64,000 nucleotides of DNA from an uncultured Candidatus Binatia bacterium (GTDB lineage: Bacteria > Desulfobacterota > Binatia > UBA9968 > JAJDTQ01). The stretch is from contig OZ243916.1 of NCBI GenBank assembly GCA_965213675.1, positions 2,592,001-2,656,000 of the forward strand, written 5' to 3'. This document shows, piece after piece, positions 9,883 through 19,795 of the stretch (positions are counted from its first letter, which is position 1; the number at the start of each line of letters is the position of its first letter). Both the position numbers and the translations under genes were made by a program. The notes under the pieces were generated by a model. That model worked only from the letters and a program-made list of their open reading frames with translations, was not told the DNA's origin and made no database searches.

Positions 9883-11732
9883 AAACGGACCCCGCCGCCC
9901 TGCGCACCGTGCTGGTCACGGACTGCGGCTCCACCACCACCAAGGCGCTGCTGTTCGAGAAGACCGGGACAGGCTGGCGCCAGACGCACCGCGGCGAGGC
10001 CCCCACCACCGTGGAACAGCCGGTGGCGGACGTGACCGCCGGCGCGCTCAACGCCTTCGCCGAGGTGGAGGAAATCAGCGGCCGGAAGATTCTGGTCCCC
10101 GGCGGCGCGCACGGCGGCGCGACGCCGTTCCTCGAATCCGGCACAGACGGCGCCCACGGCATCGACCTCTACCTGTCCACCAGCTCGGCTGGCGGCGGGT
10201 TACAGATGACTGTGGCCGGGGTGGCGCGCCAGATGAGCGCCGAGTCCGCGGAGCGGGCGGCCTTGAGCGCCGGCGCCATCGTCATGGACGCCATCTCCGC
10301 GGACGACGGGCGCGAGGACCACGAGCGCATCCAGCGGCTGCGGCAGTTGCGGCCCGACATCGTGCTGCTCACCGGCGGCGTGGACGGCGGTTCCCAGGAA
10401 CACGTGGTGGAGATGGCGGAGACCCTGGTGGCGGCCTCGCCGCGGCCGCGGTTCGGCGACACATTGCGGCTGCCCGTGATCTACGCGGGCAACCACGAAG
10501 CCGTGGACGACGTCCGGCGCATCCTCGAGAAGAGCGCACAAGTGGCGGTGGTGGACAACGTGCGCCCGGTGCTGGAGGCGGAGAACCTCGGCCCGGCGCG
10601 GGAAGCCATCCACGAATTCTTCCTCACCCACGTCATGAGCCACTCGCCGGGCTACGACAAGCTGCTCCGGTGGACGCCGGCGCCGGTGATGCCCACGCCC
10701 GCGGCCGTGGGGGACATGGTGCGGGAGCACGCGGCGAGCACCGGGCAGGCGGTGTTGTGCGCGGACATCGGCGGCGCCACCACCGACGTGTTCAGCGTCT
10801 TCGAGAACCGGCAAGGCGAGCCGGTGTTCAACCGCACTGTGAGCGCGAACCTGGGCATGAGCTATTCCGTGGCCAACGTGCTCATCGAGGCGGGTGTCGA
10901 AGGCATCCACCGCTGGCTCCCGTGCGACATCCAGCCCTCCGAAGTCCGCGACCGGTTGCGCAACAAGATGATCCGCCCCACTTCGATTCCCCAGACCCTG
11001 GAGGACCTGTGGCTGGAACAGGCGGTGTGCCGCGAGGCCTTGCGCCTGGCGCTGGCGCACCACCGCTCCCTGGCCGTCGGGCTCAGCGGCGTGCAGCAGC
11101 AGCGCGGCATTGCCGACATCTTCTCGCAGACCGCGAGCCGCGCGGACCTGGTGGACATGATGCGCCTGGACCTGGTGATCGGCTCGGGCGGCGTTCTGAG
11201 TCACGCGCCGGATCGCATGGGCGCGGCCCTCATGATCCTGGAGGGGTTCGAACTGCAGGGCTTCACGCAGATCGCCGTGGACTCCATCTTCATGATGCCC
11301 CACCTGGGCGTGTTCGCCTCGATCCACCCCCAAGCCGCGCGCGAGATCTTCCTGCACGACTGCCTCGTGAACGTGGCCCATGCGCTCGCGCCCGTGTTCC
11401 CGCCCAAGCGGCCGGCGGGCTCGGTCCTCGCGGAGGTGTCCGTCGACGGCGGGCCGGCCGTCCCCCTCACCGCGGGCGCGGTGGGCCGCATCGAACTGCC
11501 ACCCGGCGCCGCCACCCGGATCGTCGTCCGCCCGGCCCGGGGCGCCGTGGACGTGGGCGCCGGCCCGGGCGTGCCGCTGGAACGGGAGTTCACCGCGGGC
11601 CTGTGCGGCGTCATCCTCGACGGTCGCAACCGTCCGCTCCGAACCACTCCGTTCGCGGAGGCACAGACGGCGGAGCGCCGGGCCGTCATGGCGGAACTGG
11701 GGCTCATTCACCGCGCAGGCGACGAGCCATGA
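9879..11732 (+). CDS. GlmL (glutamate mutase L)-like ASKHA/actin-fold ATPase
   Basis: Phosphate-1 VTDCGSTTTKA, TSSAGGGL, phosphate-2 ADIGGATTDVFS, RTVSANLGMSYS, IGSGGVLSHAP. ATG 9879 overlaps the upstream stop; the ORF-track N-extension is spurious. Confidence 0.85.
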   Translation: MKTDPAALRTVLVTDCGSTTTKALLFEKTGTGWRQTHRGEAPTTVEQPVADVTAGALNAFAEVEEISGRKILVPGGAHGGATPFLESGTDGAHGIDLYLSTSSAGGGLQMTVAGVARQMSAESAERAALSAGAIVMDAISADDGREDHERIQRLRQLRPDIVLLTGGVDGGSQEHVVEMAETLVAASPRPRFGDTLRLPVIYAGNHEAVDDVRRILEKSAQVAVVDNVRPVLEAENLGPAREAIHEFFLTHVMSHSPGYDKLLRWTPAPVMPTPAAVGDMVREHAASTGQAVLCADIGGATTDVFSVFENRQGEPVFNRTVSANLGMSYSVANVLIEAGVEGIHRWLPCDIQPSEVRDRLRNKMIRPTSIPQTLEDLWLEQAVCREALRLALAHHRSLAVGLSGVQQQRGIADIFSQTASRADLVDMMRLDLVIGSGGVLSHAPDRMGAALMILEGFELQGFTQIAVDSIFMMPHLGVFASIHPQAAREIFLHDCLVNVAHALAPVFPPKRPAGSVLAEVSVDGGPAVPLTAGAVGRIELPPGAATRIVVRPARGAVDVGAGPGVPLEREFTAGLCGVILDGRNRPLRTTPFAEAQTAERRAVMAELGLIHRAGDEP

Positions 11733-12877
11733 CCCAGGCGCTCACACCCAGGCTGCAGGTCCTGGCTGAAACCATCGTGCGGAAGACCCGCGAACTCCCC
11801 GTGCCGGGCCGCATCCTGTGCGCTCCGGAAGACGCCGTTGCCGCCGACACCGTGGTGGCCCGCGCCGAGCTGCCCGGCGACCTGTCCATCCTGCGGATCC
11901 CCGAAGCTCTCGGCATCGAACCCGCCGAAGCCCTCAAGGGCCTCACGGTGCGCGAGGGTGATGCCGCCAGTGAGGGGGACATCCTGTGCGAGCATGTGGG
12001 CCTCTTCGGGCTGTTCCGCTCGCGCTTCCATGCGCCCGCGAGCGGCGCCGTGGAGTTCATCGCGCCCCGCACCGGGCACGTGGGAGTGCGGTTGGCGCCC
12101 CATGCCATCGAGTTGAACGCCTACGTCCCCGGCACGGTGGCGGCCGTGGACCCGGGCAAGTCCGTCACCATCGAATGCCGCGCCGCGTTCGTCCAGGGCA
12201 TCTTCGGGGTCGGCGGCGAGCGCTCCGGCGCCATCCGCATGCTCGACGGCGGCCCCAAGACGATCCTGGGTCCCGGGAGGATCCCGGACGATGTGTCCGG
12301 CCAGATCCTGGTGGGAGGTACGCGACCGACCCTCGACGCCCTGCAACGCGCCGCCGAAAACGGTGCCGCCGGCCTGGTGGTGGGCTCCATCGACGACTAC
12401 GCGCTGACCGGCTACCTTGGCTACGATCTCGGCATGGCCGTCACCGGACACGAGGACGTGTCCATGACCGTCATCGTCACCGAGGGCTTTGGCTGGCTCG
12501 CCGTGGCCGAACGCACCCACGCCCTGTTGCGGCGCCTCGAAGGCCGCGCCGCCTCCATCAACGGCACCACCCAGGTGCGCGCCGGCGCGGTGCGCCCGGA
12601 GATCATCGTGGCCCGAACCGAGGGAGTTGGTGGCGCGGGCGGCGAGCAGGATGTGGCTGCCGGCGCCGGCGCGCCGCGGGACCCGGGGTCCGGGCTGCGC
12701 GTCGGCGCCTTCGTGCGCATCATCCGGGAGCCCCACTTCGGCGTCGACGCGGAGATCCTCGCCCTGCCCGCCGAGCCCCAACTCATCAAGACCGGCGCCC
12801 GTACCCGGGTGCTGGAGGCCCGGCTGCCCGACGGCACCCTCGTCACCGTCCCCCGCGCCAACGTCGAGCTGCTCTGA
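11729..12877 (+). CDS. Hypothetical protein with barrel-sandwich-hybrid-like repeats and C-terminal KOW/SH3-like domain
   Basis: ATG 11729 (ATGA overlap). VREGDAASEGDILCE...APASGAV hybrid-like motif, QGIFGVGGE, VTEGFG, TQVRAGAVRPEII, VRIIREPHFG...VPRANVEL. Confidence 0.8.
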   Translation: MTQALTPRLQVLAETIVRKTRELPVPGRILCAPEDAVAADTVVARAELPGDLSILRIPEALGIEPAEALKGLTVREGDAASEGDILCEHVGLFGLFRSRFHAPASGAVEFIAPRTGHVGVRLAPHAIELNAYVPGTVAAVDPGKSVTIECRAAFVQGIFGVGGERSGAIRMLDGGPKTILGPGRIPDDVSGQILVGGTRPTLDALQRAAENGAAGLVVGSIDDYALTGYLGYDLGMAVTGHEDVSMTVIVTEGFGWLAVAERTHALLRRLEGRAASINGTTQVRAGAVRPEIIVARTEGVGGAGGEQDVAAGAGAPRDPGSGLRVGAFVRIIREPHFGVDAEILALPAEPQLIKTGARTRVLEARLPDGTLVTVPRANVELL

Positions 12878-13028
12878 GAGTACTTCGGAACGTTGAAAGA
12901 GGACGTCGTTGTCTCATTGGAAAACTCTGGGGACACCACATCCTGTTCTTGAAAAGGGTCCCCGCGCCCATCATACTTTCGTTCACAGGGAGAGCTACCC
13001 ATCAGATTCCCCGAACCAAGGAGGTGCC

Positions 13029-14876
13029 ATGCCATCGAGTCGGTTGTTGGGAGCGGTCTTGTGCGCGCTTGCGCTGGCTGCCGCGCCGGGTGTGACGCGA
13101 GCTGTCGATGAGGCGCGCCCAAGCCACGGCATCGCCATGCACGGCGACCTGAAGTATCCGCCGGACTTCAAGCACTTCGACTACGTAAATCCAGGCGCGC
13201 CCAAGGGGGGAGCGGTGCGTCTCCAGGCCATCGGCACCTACGACAGCTTCAACCCCTTCATCGTCAAGGGCAGCCCGGCCGCGGGCATCGGGCGCATCTA
13301 CGAGACCCTGATGACATCGTCCGCGGACGAGCCCTTCAGCGAGTACGGGCTGCTGGCGGAAAGCATCACCGTGCCCCGGGACCGCTCCTGGGTGGAATTC
13401 CGATTGCGGCCGGAGGCGCGCTGGCACGACGGCAAGCCCGTGACCGCGGACGATGTCGTCTGGACCTTCGAGACCCTGGTCACCAAGGCGGTACCCTTCT
13501 ACCGCGGGTACTACGGCGACGTGAAGCAGGTGGAGAAGCGCGACGCGCGCACGGTGCGCTTTACGTTCAAGAGCGGCACCAACCGCGAACTGCCGCTCAT
13601 CCTTGGGCAACTGGTGGTGCTGCCGAAGCACGACTGGGCCGAGCGGGACTTCACCAAGACGACTCTGGAGCCGCCCCTGGGCAGTGGCCCCTACATGGTG
13701 GGCAGGTTCGAGCCCGGCCGCCACGTGGAGTACCAGCGGGTCGAAGACCACTGGGGCGGGAAACTGCCGGTCAACGTGGGCCGGGACAACTTCGACCGCA
13801 TCCGCTACGACTACTACCGCGACGGCACCGTGTCGGTGGAGGCGTTCAAGGCTGGGGAGTACGACTTCCGCAGCGAGAACAGCTCCAAGAACTGGGCCAC
13901 GGCCTATGACTTTCCGGCGTTGAAGCAGGGGCTGGTGAAGAAGGAGGAGATCCCCCACGACCGCTCCACCGGCATGCAGGCGTTCGTGTTCAACACCCGC
14001 CGGCCGCTCTTCCAGGATCGCAAGGTGCGCCAGGCGCTGGCCTACGCTTTCGACTTCGAGTGGTCCAACGAAGCCCTCTTCTACGGGCAGTACACACGCT
14101 CCCGCAGCTACTACGACAACTCGGAGCTGGCGGCCACGGGGCTGCCGGGTCCCGAGGAGTTGGCGGTCCTCGAACCGTACCGCGGGCGCATCCCGGACGA
14201 GGTGTTCACCCAGGCCTACGCGCCGCCGGCCACCGACGGCTCCGGGCGCATCCGCGCCAATCTCGGTCAGGCCGCAAGGCTCTTGCGCGAGGCCGGCTGG
14301 AGCGTCGACAAGGGCACGCGCAGGCTCGTCCACGAGTCCACCGGTCGGACCCTGGAGTTCGAAGTCCTGCTGGTGAGCCCGTTGTTCGAACGCATCGTGT
14401 TGCCGTTCGCGAAGAACCTGGAAAGGCTCGGCATCGTTGCCACGGTGCGCACGGTGGACAGCGCGCAGTACCGGAGGCGCCTTGACGACTTCGACTTCGA
14501 CGTGGTGGTGAGCACCTGGGGGCAGTCGCTCTCGCCCGGCAACGAGCAACGGGACTTCTGGGGATCGGCGTTCGCCGACCGCCCCGGCAGCCGCAACCTG
14601 ATCGGCATCAAGGACCCGGCGGTGGACGCGCTGGTGGAGGGCGTCGTCAACGCCACCGACCGCAAGGGCCTCGTGGCGCATGTGCGCGCTCTGGACCGGG
14701 TGCTCCAATGGGGCCACTGGGTCATACCCCAGTGGCATATCCCCTACGACCGCCTGGTGTACTGGGACCGCTTCGGCCGCCCCGAGGTCACCCCCACGCA
14801 GGGCGTTCAGTTCGACGCCTGGTGGATCGACCCCCGCAAGGCCGCGGAGCTGGAAGCCACGCGCTCGGGGGGCTGA
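13029..14876 (+). CDS. yejA: ABC transporter substrate-binding protein, family 5 (YejA-like)
   Basis: RBS aaggagg then ATG 13029; signal peptide; HGIAMHGDLKYPPDFKHFDYVNPGAPKGG and SLSPGNEQRDFWGS. Confidence 0.88.
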   Translation: MPSSRLLGAVLCALALAAAPGVTRAVDEARPSHGIAMHGDLKYPPDFKHFDYVNPGAPKGGAVRLQAIGTYDSFNPFIVKGSPAAGIGRIYETLMTSSADEPFSEYGLLAESITVPRDRSWVEFRLRPEARWHDGKPVTADDVVWTFETLVTKAVPFYRGYYGDVKQVEKRDARTVRFTFKSGTNRELPLILGQLVVLPKHDWAERDFTKTTLEPPLGSGPYMVGRFEPGRHVEYQRVEDHWGGKLPVNVGRDNFDRIRYDYYRDGTVSVEAFKAGEYDFRSENSSKNWATAYDFPALKQGLVKKEEIPHDRSTGMQAFVFNTRRPLFQDRKVRQALAYAFDFEWSNEALFYGQYTRSRSYYDNSELAATGLPGPEELAVLEPYRGRIPDEVFTQAYAPPATDGSGRIRANLGQAARLLREAGWSVDKGTRRLVHESTGRTLEFEVLLVSPLFERIVLPFAKNLERLGIVATVRTVDSAQYRRRLDDFDFDVVVSTWGQSLSPGNEQRDFWGSAFADRPGSRNLIGIKDPAVDALVEGVVNATDRKGLVAHVRALDRVLQWGHWVIPQWHIPYDRLVYWDRFGRPEVTPTQGVQFDAWWIDPRKAAELEATRSGG

Positions 14877-14930
14877 CCCCCGCCGGCTGGTACCGAAGCG
14901 CCGAAGTAGCACTCACCCACCGAAAACCGC

Positions 14931-16043
14931 ATGTTCGCCTACATCATCCGCCGGCTGCTGCTGATCGTTCCGACGCTGATCGGGATCATGGTGTTGAACT
15001 TCGTGATCATCCACTCGGCGCCCGGGGGGCCGGTGGAGCAGATCCTGGCAAAGCTCCAGCAGACGGACGTGTCGGCCACGGAACGGTTCAGCGGCGGCGG
15101 CGACCAACGTGAGGTGGGGCCGTCGGCGCAGCAGTCGCGGGACAGCGGCGGCACGGCCGGGCGGTACCGCGGCGCCCAGGGCATCGATCCCGAGTTCATC
15201 AAGGACATCGAGCGCCAGTTCGGCTTCGACAAGCCGGCCCACGTGCGCTTCTTTCTGATGATGTGGAACTTCCTGCGCTTCGACTTCGGCGACAGCTTCT
15301 TCCGCGACCGCTCGGTGGTGCAACTGGTGATGGACAAGCTTCCGGTGTCCATCTCCCTGGGGCTCTGGACCACGCTGCTGGTGTACCTCGTGTCCATTCC
15401 GCTGGGCGTGGCCAAGGCCGTGCGCGACGGCTCGCGCTTCGACGTGTGGACCTCCGGCGCGGTGATCGTGGGCAACGCGGTGCCGGGATTCCTGTTCGCC
15501 ATCCTGCTCATCGTGCTGTTCGCGGGCGGGCGCTACTTCGACTGGTTCCCGCTGCGCGGCCTGGTGTCGGACAACTGGAGCGAGCTGGGTTTCTGGCAGC
15601 GCATCCTCGACTACCTCTGGCACATCACCCTGCCGGTCCTGTCCATGGTCATCGGCGGCTTCGCCGGCCTCACCATGCTCACCAAGAACTCGTTCCTGGA
15701 TCAGATCAACCAGCAGTACGTGATGACGGCCCGGGCCAAGGGGCTGAGCGAGCGGCGCGTGCTCTACCGGCACGTGTTCCGCAATGCCATGCTCATCGTC
15801 ATCGCCGGCTTTCCCGGGGCTTTCGTCGGCGTTCTCTTCACCGGCGCGCTTCTCACCGAGGTGATCTTCTCGCTGGACGGCGTCGGCCTTCTGGGATTCG
15901 AGGCGGCCATCAACCGCGACTATCCGGTCATGTTCGGCACCCTCTACTTCTTCACCCTGTTGGGTCTGGTGATGAAGCTGGCGGAGGACCTCACCTACGT
16001 GGTGGTGGACCCGCGCATCGACTTCGAGAGCCGGGAGACGTGA
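14931..16043 (+). CDS. yejB: ABC transporter permease (YejB-like)
   Basis: [37 protein letters not shown]-like TARAKGLSE. Confidence 0.9.
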   Translation: MFAYIIRRLLLIVPTLIGIMVLNFVIIHSAPGGPVEQILAKLQQTDVSATERFSGGGDQREVGPSAQQSRDSGGTAGRYRGAQGIDPEFIKDIERQFGFDKPAHVRFFLMMWNFLRFDFGDSFFRDRSVVQLVMDKLPVSISLGLWTTLLVYLVSIPLGVAKAVRDGSRFDVWTSGAVIVGNAVPGFLFAILLIVLFAGGRYFDWFPLRGLVSDNWSELGFWQRILDYLWHITLPVLSMVIGGFAGLTMLTKNSFLDQINQQYVMTARAKGLSERRVLYRHVFRNAMLIVIAGFPGAFVGVLFTGALLTEVIFSLDGVGLLGFEAAINRDYPVMFGTLYFFTLLGLVMKLAEDLTYVVVDPRIDFESRET

Positions 16044-18856
16044 CACCGCTCAACCGAAGACGCCTGCGGAATTTTCGCGCCAACCGGCGCGGCTATGGGT
16101 CGCTCCTGGTGTTCTCCGCGCTACTGCTGGTGAGCCTGTTCGCCGAGTTCATCGCCAACGACCGGCCGCTGCTGGTGCGCTACGAGGGGCAGTTCTACAC
16201 CCCGGTGCTGGTGGACTACCCCGAGACGGAGTTCGGCGGCTTTCTGGAAACCAGCACGGAGTACAACGACCCTGAGGTGCAGGCGCTCATCCGGGAGCGC
16301 GGCTGGATCCTCTGGCCCCTCATCCCCTACAGCTACGACACCATCGTGTACGGCCTGCCGACGCCCGCCCCCTCGCCGCCCACCGCGCGCAACTGGCTCG
16401 GCACCGACGACCAGGCGCGGGACGTCACCGCCCGGCTCATCTACGGCTTTCGCATTTCGGTGCTGTTCGGCCTGGTGCTGACGCTGGTGAGCTCCGTCGT
16501 GGGCATTGCCGCGGGCGCGGTGCAGGGTTACTTCGGTGGGTGGCTCGACCTGCTCTTCCAGCGTTTCATCGAAATGTGGTCCGGGCTGCCGACCCTTTAT
16601 CTGCTCATCATCCTGGCCAGCGTGGTGACCCCGAGCTTCTGGTGGCTGCTGAGCTTCATGCTGCTGTTCAGTTGGATGGCGCTGGTGGGCGTGGTGCGCG
16701 CGGAGTTCCTGCGCGCGCGCAACCTCGACTACGTGCGCGCAGCCCGCGCCCTGGGCGTGGGCAACCCGCGGATCATCGCGCGCCACGTGCTGCCCAATGC
16801 CATGGTGGCGGCGCTGACCTTCCTGCCCTTCATCACCAGCGGCGCGGTGGTGACGCTCACGGCCCTGGACTTCCTGGGCTTCGGGCTGCCGCCGGGATCC
16901 GCATCCCTGGGCGAACTGTTGAAGCAGGGCAAGGACAACCTGCAGGCGCCGTGGCTGGGGTTCGCCGCCTTCTTCGTCATCGCCATCATGCTGAGCCTGC
17001 TGGTGTTCATCGGCGAGGCGGTGCGCGACGCCTTCGACCCGCGCAAGACATTCGCGCCGGAGGCCGCGGGCGAGGCGGTTGGCGTGTCCGGCATTCCGGC
17101 GGAGGAGTCCGCGGGCGGCGGGACAGGCTCCCGCGAAACGGCGAAGCCGAGGTCCGGGGGCGGCGCCGCTGGCTTGCCCGGGGCCGGAGCACCGGAGACG
17201 GGCGCCGCCGCGCGCGGGGCCGGCCCGCCGTTGCTCGCCATCGACGACCTCGCGGTGCGCTTCGGCGCAGGCCGCGGCGCCGTGGAAGCGGTGGACGGGG
17301 TCTCCCTCACCATCCGCAAGGGCGAGACCGTGGCGCTGGTGGGCGAGAGCGGCTCGGGCAAGTCGGCCACGGCGCTGTCCGTCCTCCAGCTTCTTCCCTA
17401 CCCCGCCGCCAGCCACCCGCGCGGCAGCATCCGCTTCCAGGAAACCGAATTGCTGCGCGCCTCGCCCCGGGACCTCCAGGCCATACGCGGCGACCGCATC
17501 GCCATGATCTTCCAGGAGCCCATGACCTCCCTCAACCCGCTGCACACCATCGCGCGCCAGATCGACGAGACCCTGAAGCTGCACAAGGGGCTCGACGGCG
17601 GCGCCGCCGCGGCGCGCACCCTGGAGTTGCTGCGGCTGGTGGGCATCGCCGAGCCCGAGCGCCGCCTGGGGGCCTACCCCCACGAGTTGTCCGGTGGGCA
17701 GCGGCAGCGCGTGATGATCGCCATGGCCCTGGCCAACGAGCCCGACCTGCTCATCGCGGACGAGCCCACCACCGCCTTGGACGTGACCATCCAGGCGCAG
17801 TTGCTGGAACTGCTCGTGAGCCTGCAAGGGCAGCTGGGCATGGCGATCCTGTTCATCACCCACGACATGGGCATCGTGCGCCGGCTGGCGGACCGCCTGT
17901 GCATCATGCAGCGCGGGAAGATCGTGGAAGCGGGCGCCACCGCCGAGGTGATGGAGCGCCCCCGGCACCCCTACACGCGCCATCTCCTGGCGTCGACGCC
18001 CAAGGGCGTCCCGGCGCCTTTCGACCGCGGCGAGCCGTTGCTGGCGTGCGACGACCTCAAGGTCTGGTACCCCATCAAGGCGGGGATTCTCCGGCGCACC
18101 GTGGACCATGTGCGCGCCGTGGATGGCATCTCCGTGGAGCTTCACCCGGGCGAGACCGTGGGCGTGGTGGGCGAGAGCGGCTCGGGCAAGACCACGCTGG
18201 GGCTGGGGCTCCTGCGGCTCACCGGCAGCACCGGCTCGGTGCGTTTCGACGGCCGCGAGATCCAGGGGCTGCGCTCACGGGCGCTGCGGCCGTGGCGCCG
18301 CGACATGCAGGTTGTCTTCCAGGACCCCTACGGGTCGCTGAACCCGCGCCTGTCCGTGGCGCAGATCATCGAGGAAGGCCTGGTGGTTCACGGGCTCGGG
18401 CGCGGCGCCGAAGAACGGGACGCTCTCATCGTCGAGGTCCTGCGCGAGGTGGAACTGGAACCCGAGGCGCGCCACCGTTATCCCCACGAGTTCTCGGGCG
18501 GGCAGCGCCAGCGCATCGCCATCGCCCGGGCCATGGTGCTGAAGCCGCGGCTGGTGGTTCTGGACGAACCCACCTCGGCCCTCGACGTGTCCGTGCAGGC
18601 TCAGATCGTCGGATTGCTCCGGCGTCTCCAGGAGCAGCACCGTTGCGCGTACCTGTTCATCAGCCACGACCTCAAGGTAGTGCGCGCCATGAGCCACCAC
18701 GTCCTGGTGATGCACCACGGCGTCGTGGTGGAACAGGGTCCGGCCAACGCCATCTTCGAGACCCCTCGCCACGAGTACACGAAGGAACTCGTGGCCGCCG
18801 CCTTCGACCTCCAGGCGAGCGGGGACGCACACCTCGCGGGGGATGGACGCCGGTAG
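16040..18856 (+). CDS. Fused ABC permease (YejE-like) plus tandem ATPase (YejF-like)
   Basis: GTG 16040 overlaps the yejB stop. YejE motifs ([23 protein letters not shown]) run without a stop through an Ala/Gly linker into two ABC domains ([16 protein letters not shown]; [16 protein letters not shown]). Confidence 0.85.
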   Translation: MTPLNRRRLRNFRANRRGYGSLLVFSALLLVSLFAEFIANDRPLLVRYEGQFYTPVLVDYPETEFGGFLETSTEYNDPEVQALIRERGWILWPLIPYSYDTIVYGLPTPAPSPPTARNWLGTDDQARDVTARLIYGFRISVLFGLVLTLVSSVVGIAAGAVQGYFGGWLDLLFQRFIEMWSGLPTLYLLIILASVVTPSFWWLLSFMLLFSWMALVGVVRAEFLRARNLDYVRAARALGVGNPRIIARHVLPNAMVAALTFLPFITSGAVVTLTALDFLGFGLPPGSASLGELLKQGKDNLQAPWLGFAAFFVIAIMLSLLVFIGEAVRDAFDPRKTFAPEAAGEAVGVSGIPAEESAGGGTGSRETAKPRSGGGAAGLPGAGAPETGAAARGAGPPLLAIDDLAVRFGAGRGAVEAVDGVSLTIRKGETVALVGESGSGKSATALSVLQLLPYPAASHPRGSIRFQETELLRASPRDLQAIRGDRIAMIFQEPMTSLNPLHTIARQIDETLKLHKGLDGGAAAARTLELLRLVGIAEPERRLGAYPHELSGGQRQRVMIAMALANEPDLLIADEPTTALDVTIQAQLLELLVSLQGQLGMAILFITHDMGIVRRLADRLCIMQRGKIVEAGATAEVMERPRHPYTRHLLASTPKGVPAPFDRGEPLLACDDLKVWYPIKAGILRRTVDHVRAVDGISVELHPGETVGVVGESGSGKTTLGLGLLRLTGSTGSVRFDGREIQGLRSRALRPWRRDMQVVFQDPYGSLNPRLSVAQIIEEGLVVHGLGRGAEERDALIVEVLREVELEPEARHRYPHEFSGGQRQRIAIARAMVLKPRLVVLDEPTSALDVSVQAQIVGLLRRLQEQHRCAYLFISHDLKVVRAMSHHVLVMHHGVVVEQGPANAIFETPRHEYTKELVAAAFDLQASGDAHLAGDGRR

Positions 18857-18979
18857 GTGACAGGGCGAACAGTCCGCGCTGGGCTACGCAACGGCGCCCA
18901 CGCGCGGAGTCGTCCTTCCCGCGAAAACTTGATCTCGAAACCGATCAGGGAGCGAATCCAGGGGCAGACCGGCCAGCGT

Positions 18980-19795
18980 TCAGCCGCCGGGCGCGGGCAA
19001 CGGACTTCTCACGACGCCCTCGGGCAATTCCTGAACGAAGTGGGGGTCCGGCAAGGTCACGTTCAACTCGGGGTTGTCGTAGCGGATCTGGTAGAAGCGC
19101 TTGAGCGGAGGGGTTTCCAGCGTAATCTGCAGCGGAAATGGGCCAAACGCGGTATCGGTGAAGTCCTCGAAAGTGGCAGCGTACCATACCGAACCCGAGG
19201 GGCTCGTGCGGTGCCAGCGCACCGGGGTCGTGGCGGGCTCGTCGAAGACAACGGTTTCCGTGCTGCCGTCGGCCCGGACACGCCGCAGCGACCTGCCGTC
19301 GGGGAGCCACGGCGGGCTCGGCTGCATTGGCGGCAGCCCCATCAACAGCGCAACGATCTCGTCGAGATCCAGCAGCAACTGGGTGGCGCGAAACAGGTTC
19401 CGCGGTGAGGTTCGCTCCCGATAGTAACGCCCCTGCGAGGGCAGCAAGCCGGTGAATTCACCTTCGTCCACGGTGAGGATCAGCGCCGCACCGACAAAGG
19501 AGAACACCTCCAGCCTGAACCGGTTGGGCCGGCGCAGGAGCACCGCGGCATCAAACGAGCCCTTGCGGTCGCCCGTGCGATAATGGACCTTGGCAAGGCT
19601 GCGCAGCGATTCGAACGCGCGATTTCGTTCGGCGAGAAGGGCGTCAAGCCGCGGCGCGGGTTTCGGCTCCCGCTCGGGCTCCGTCACGCTCTCGGGCGCG
19701 GGAGCAAAGACGGGCCGCTTGGCGCATCCCGCCATCGACGCCGCCGTGCACCACAACGCCAACAGCGCTATGCCCACTCTACGCCGCAAGTCCAT
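18980..19795 (-). CDS. LolB-like / DUF4292 lipoprotein
   Basis: Lipobox MAGC; RPNRFRLEVFSFVG; LolA/B-type fold; coupled to the upstream TPR gene as in TPR-lolB loci. Confidence 0.7.
   Translation of the reverse strand: MDLRRRVGIALLALWCTAASMAGCAKRPVFAPAPESVTEPEREPKPAPRLDALLAERNRAFESLRSLAKVHYRTGDRKGSFDAAVLLRRPNRFRLEVFSFVGAALILTVDEGEFTGLLPSQGRYYRERTSPRNLFRATQLLLDLDEIVALLMGLPPMQPSPPWLPDGRSLRRVRADGSTETVVFDEPATTPVRWHRTSPSGSVWYAATFEDFTDTAFGPFPLQITLETPPLKRFYQIRYDNPELNVTLPDPHFVQELPEGVVRSPLPAPGG

Noticed and set aside
9879-11732. Calling this a glutamate mutase locus or DNA-repair MutL
   Set aside because: No mutase subunits or B12-binding motif nearby; the motifs are ASKHA-type, not GHKL.
13002-18145. 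Long antisense ORFs (e.g. 13002..14912, 16121..18145; also 21822..23540, 48175..50046, 50456..52441)
   Set aside because: Shadow ORFs typical of high-GC coding DNA, opposite well-supported genes and without motifs.
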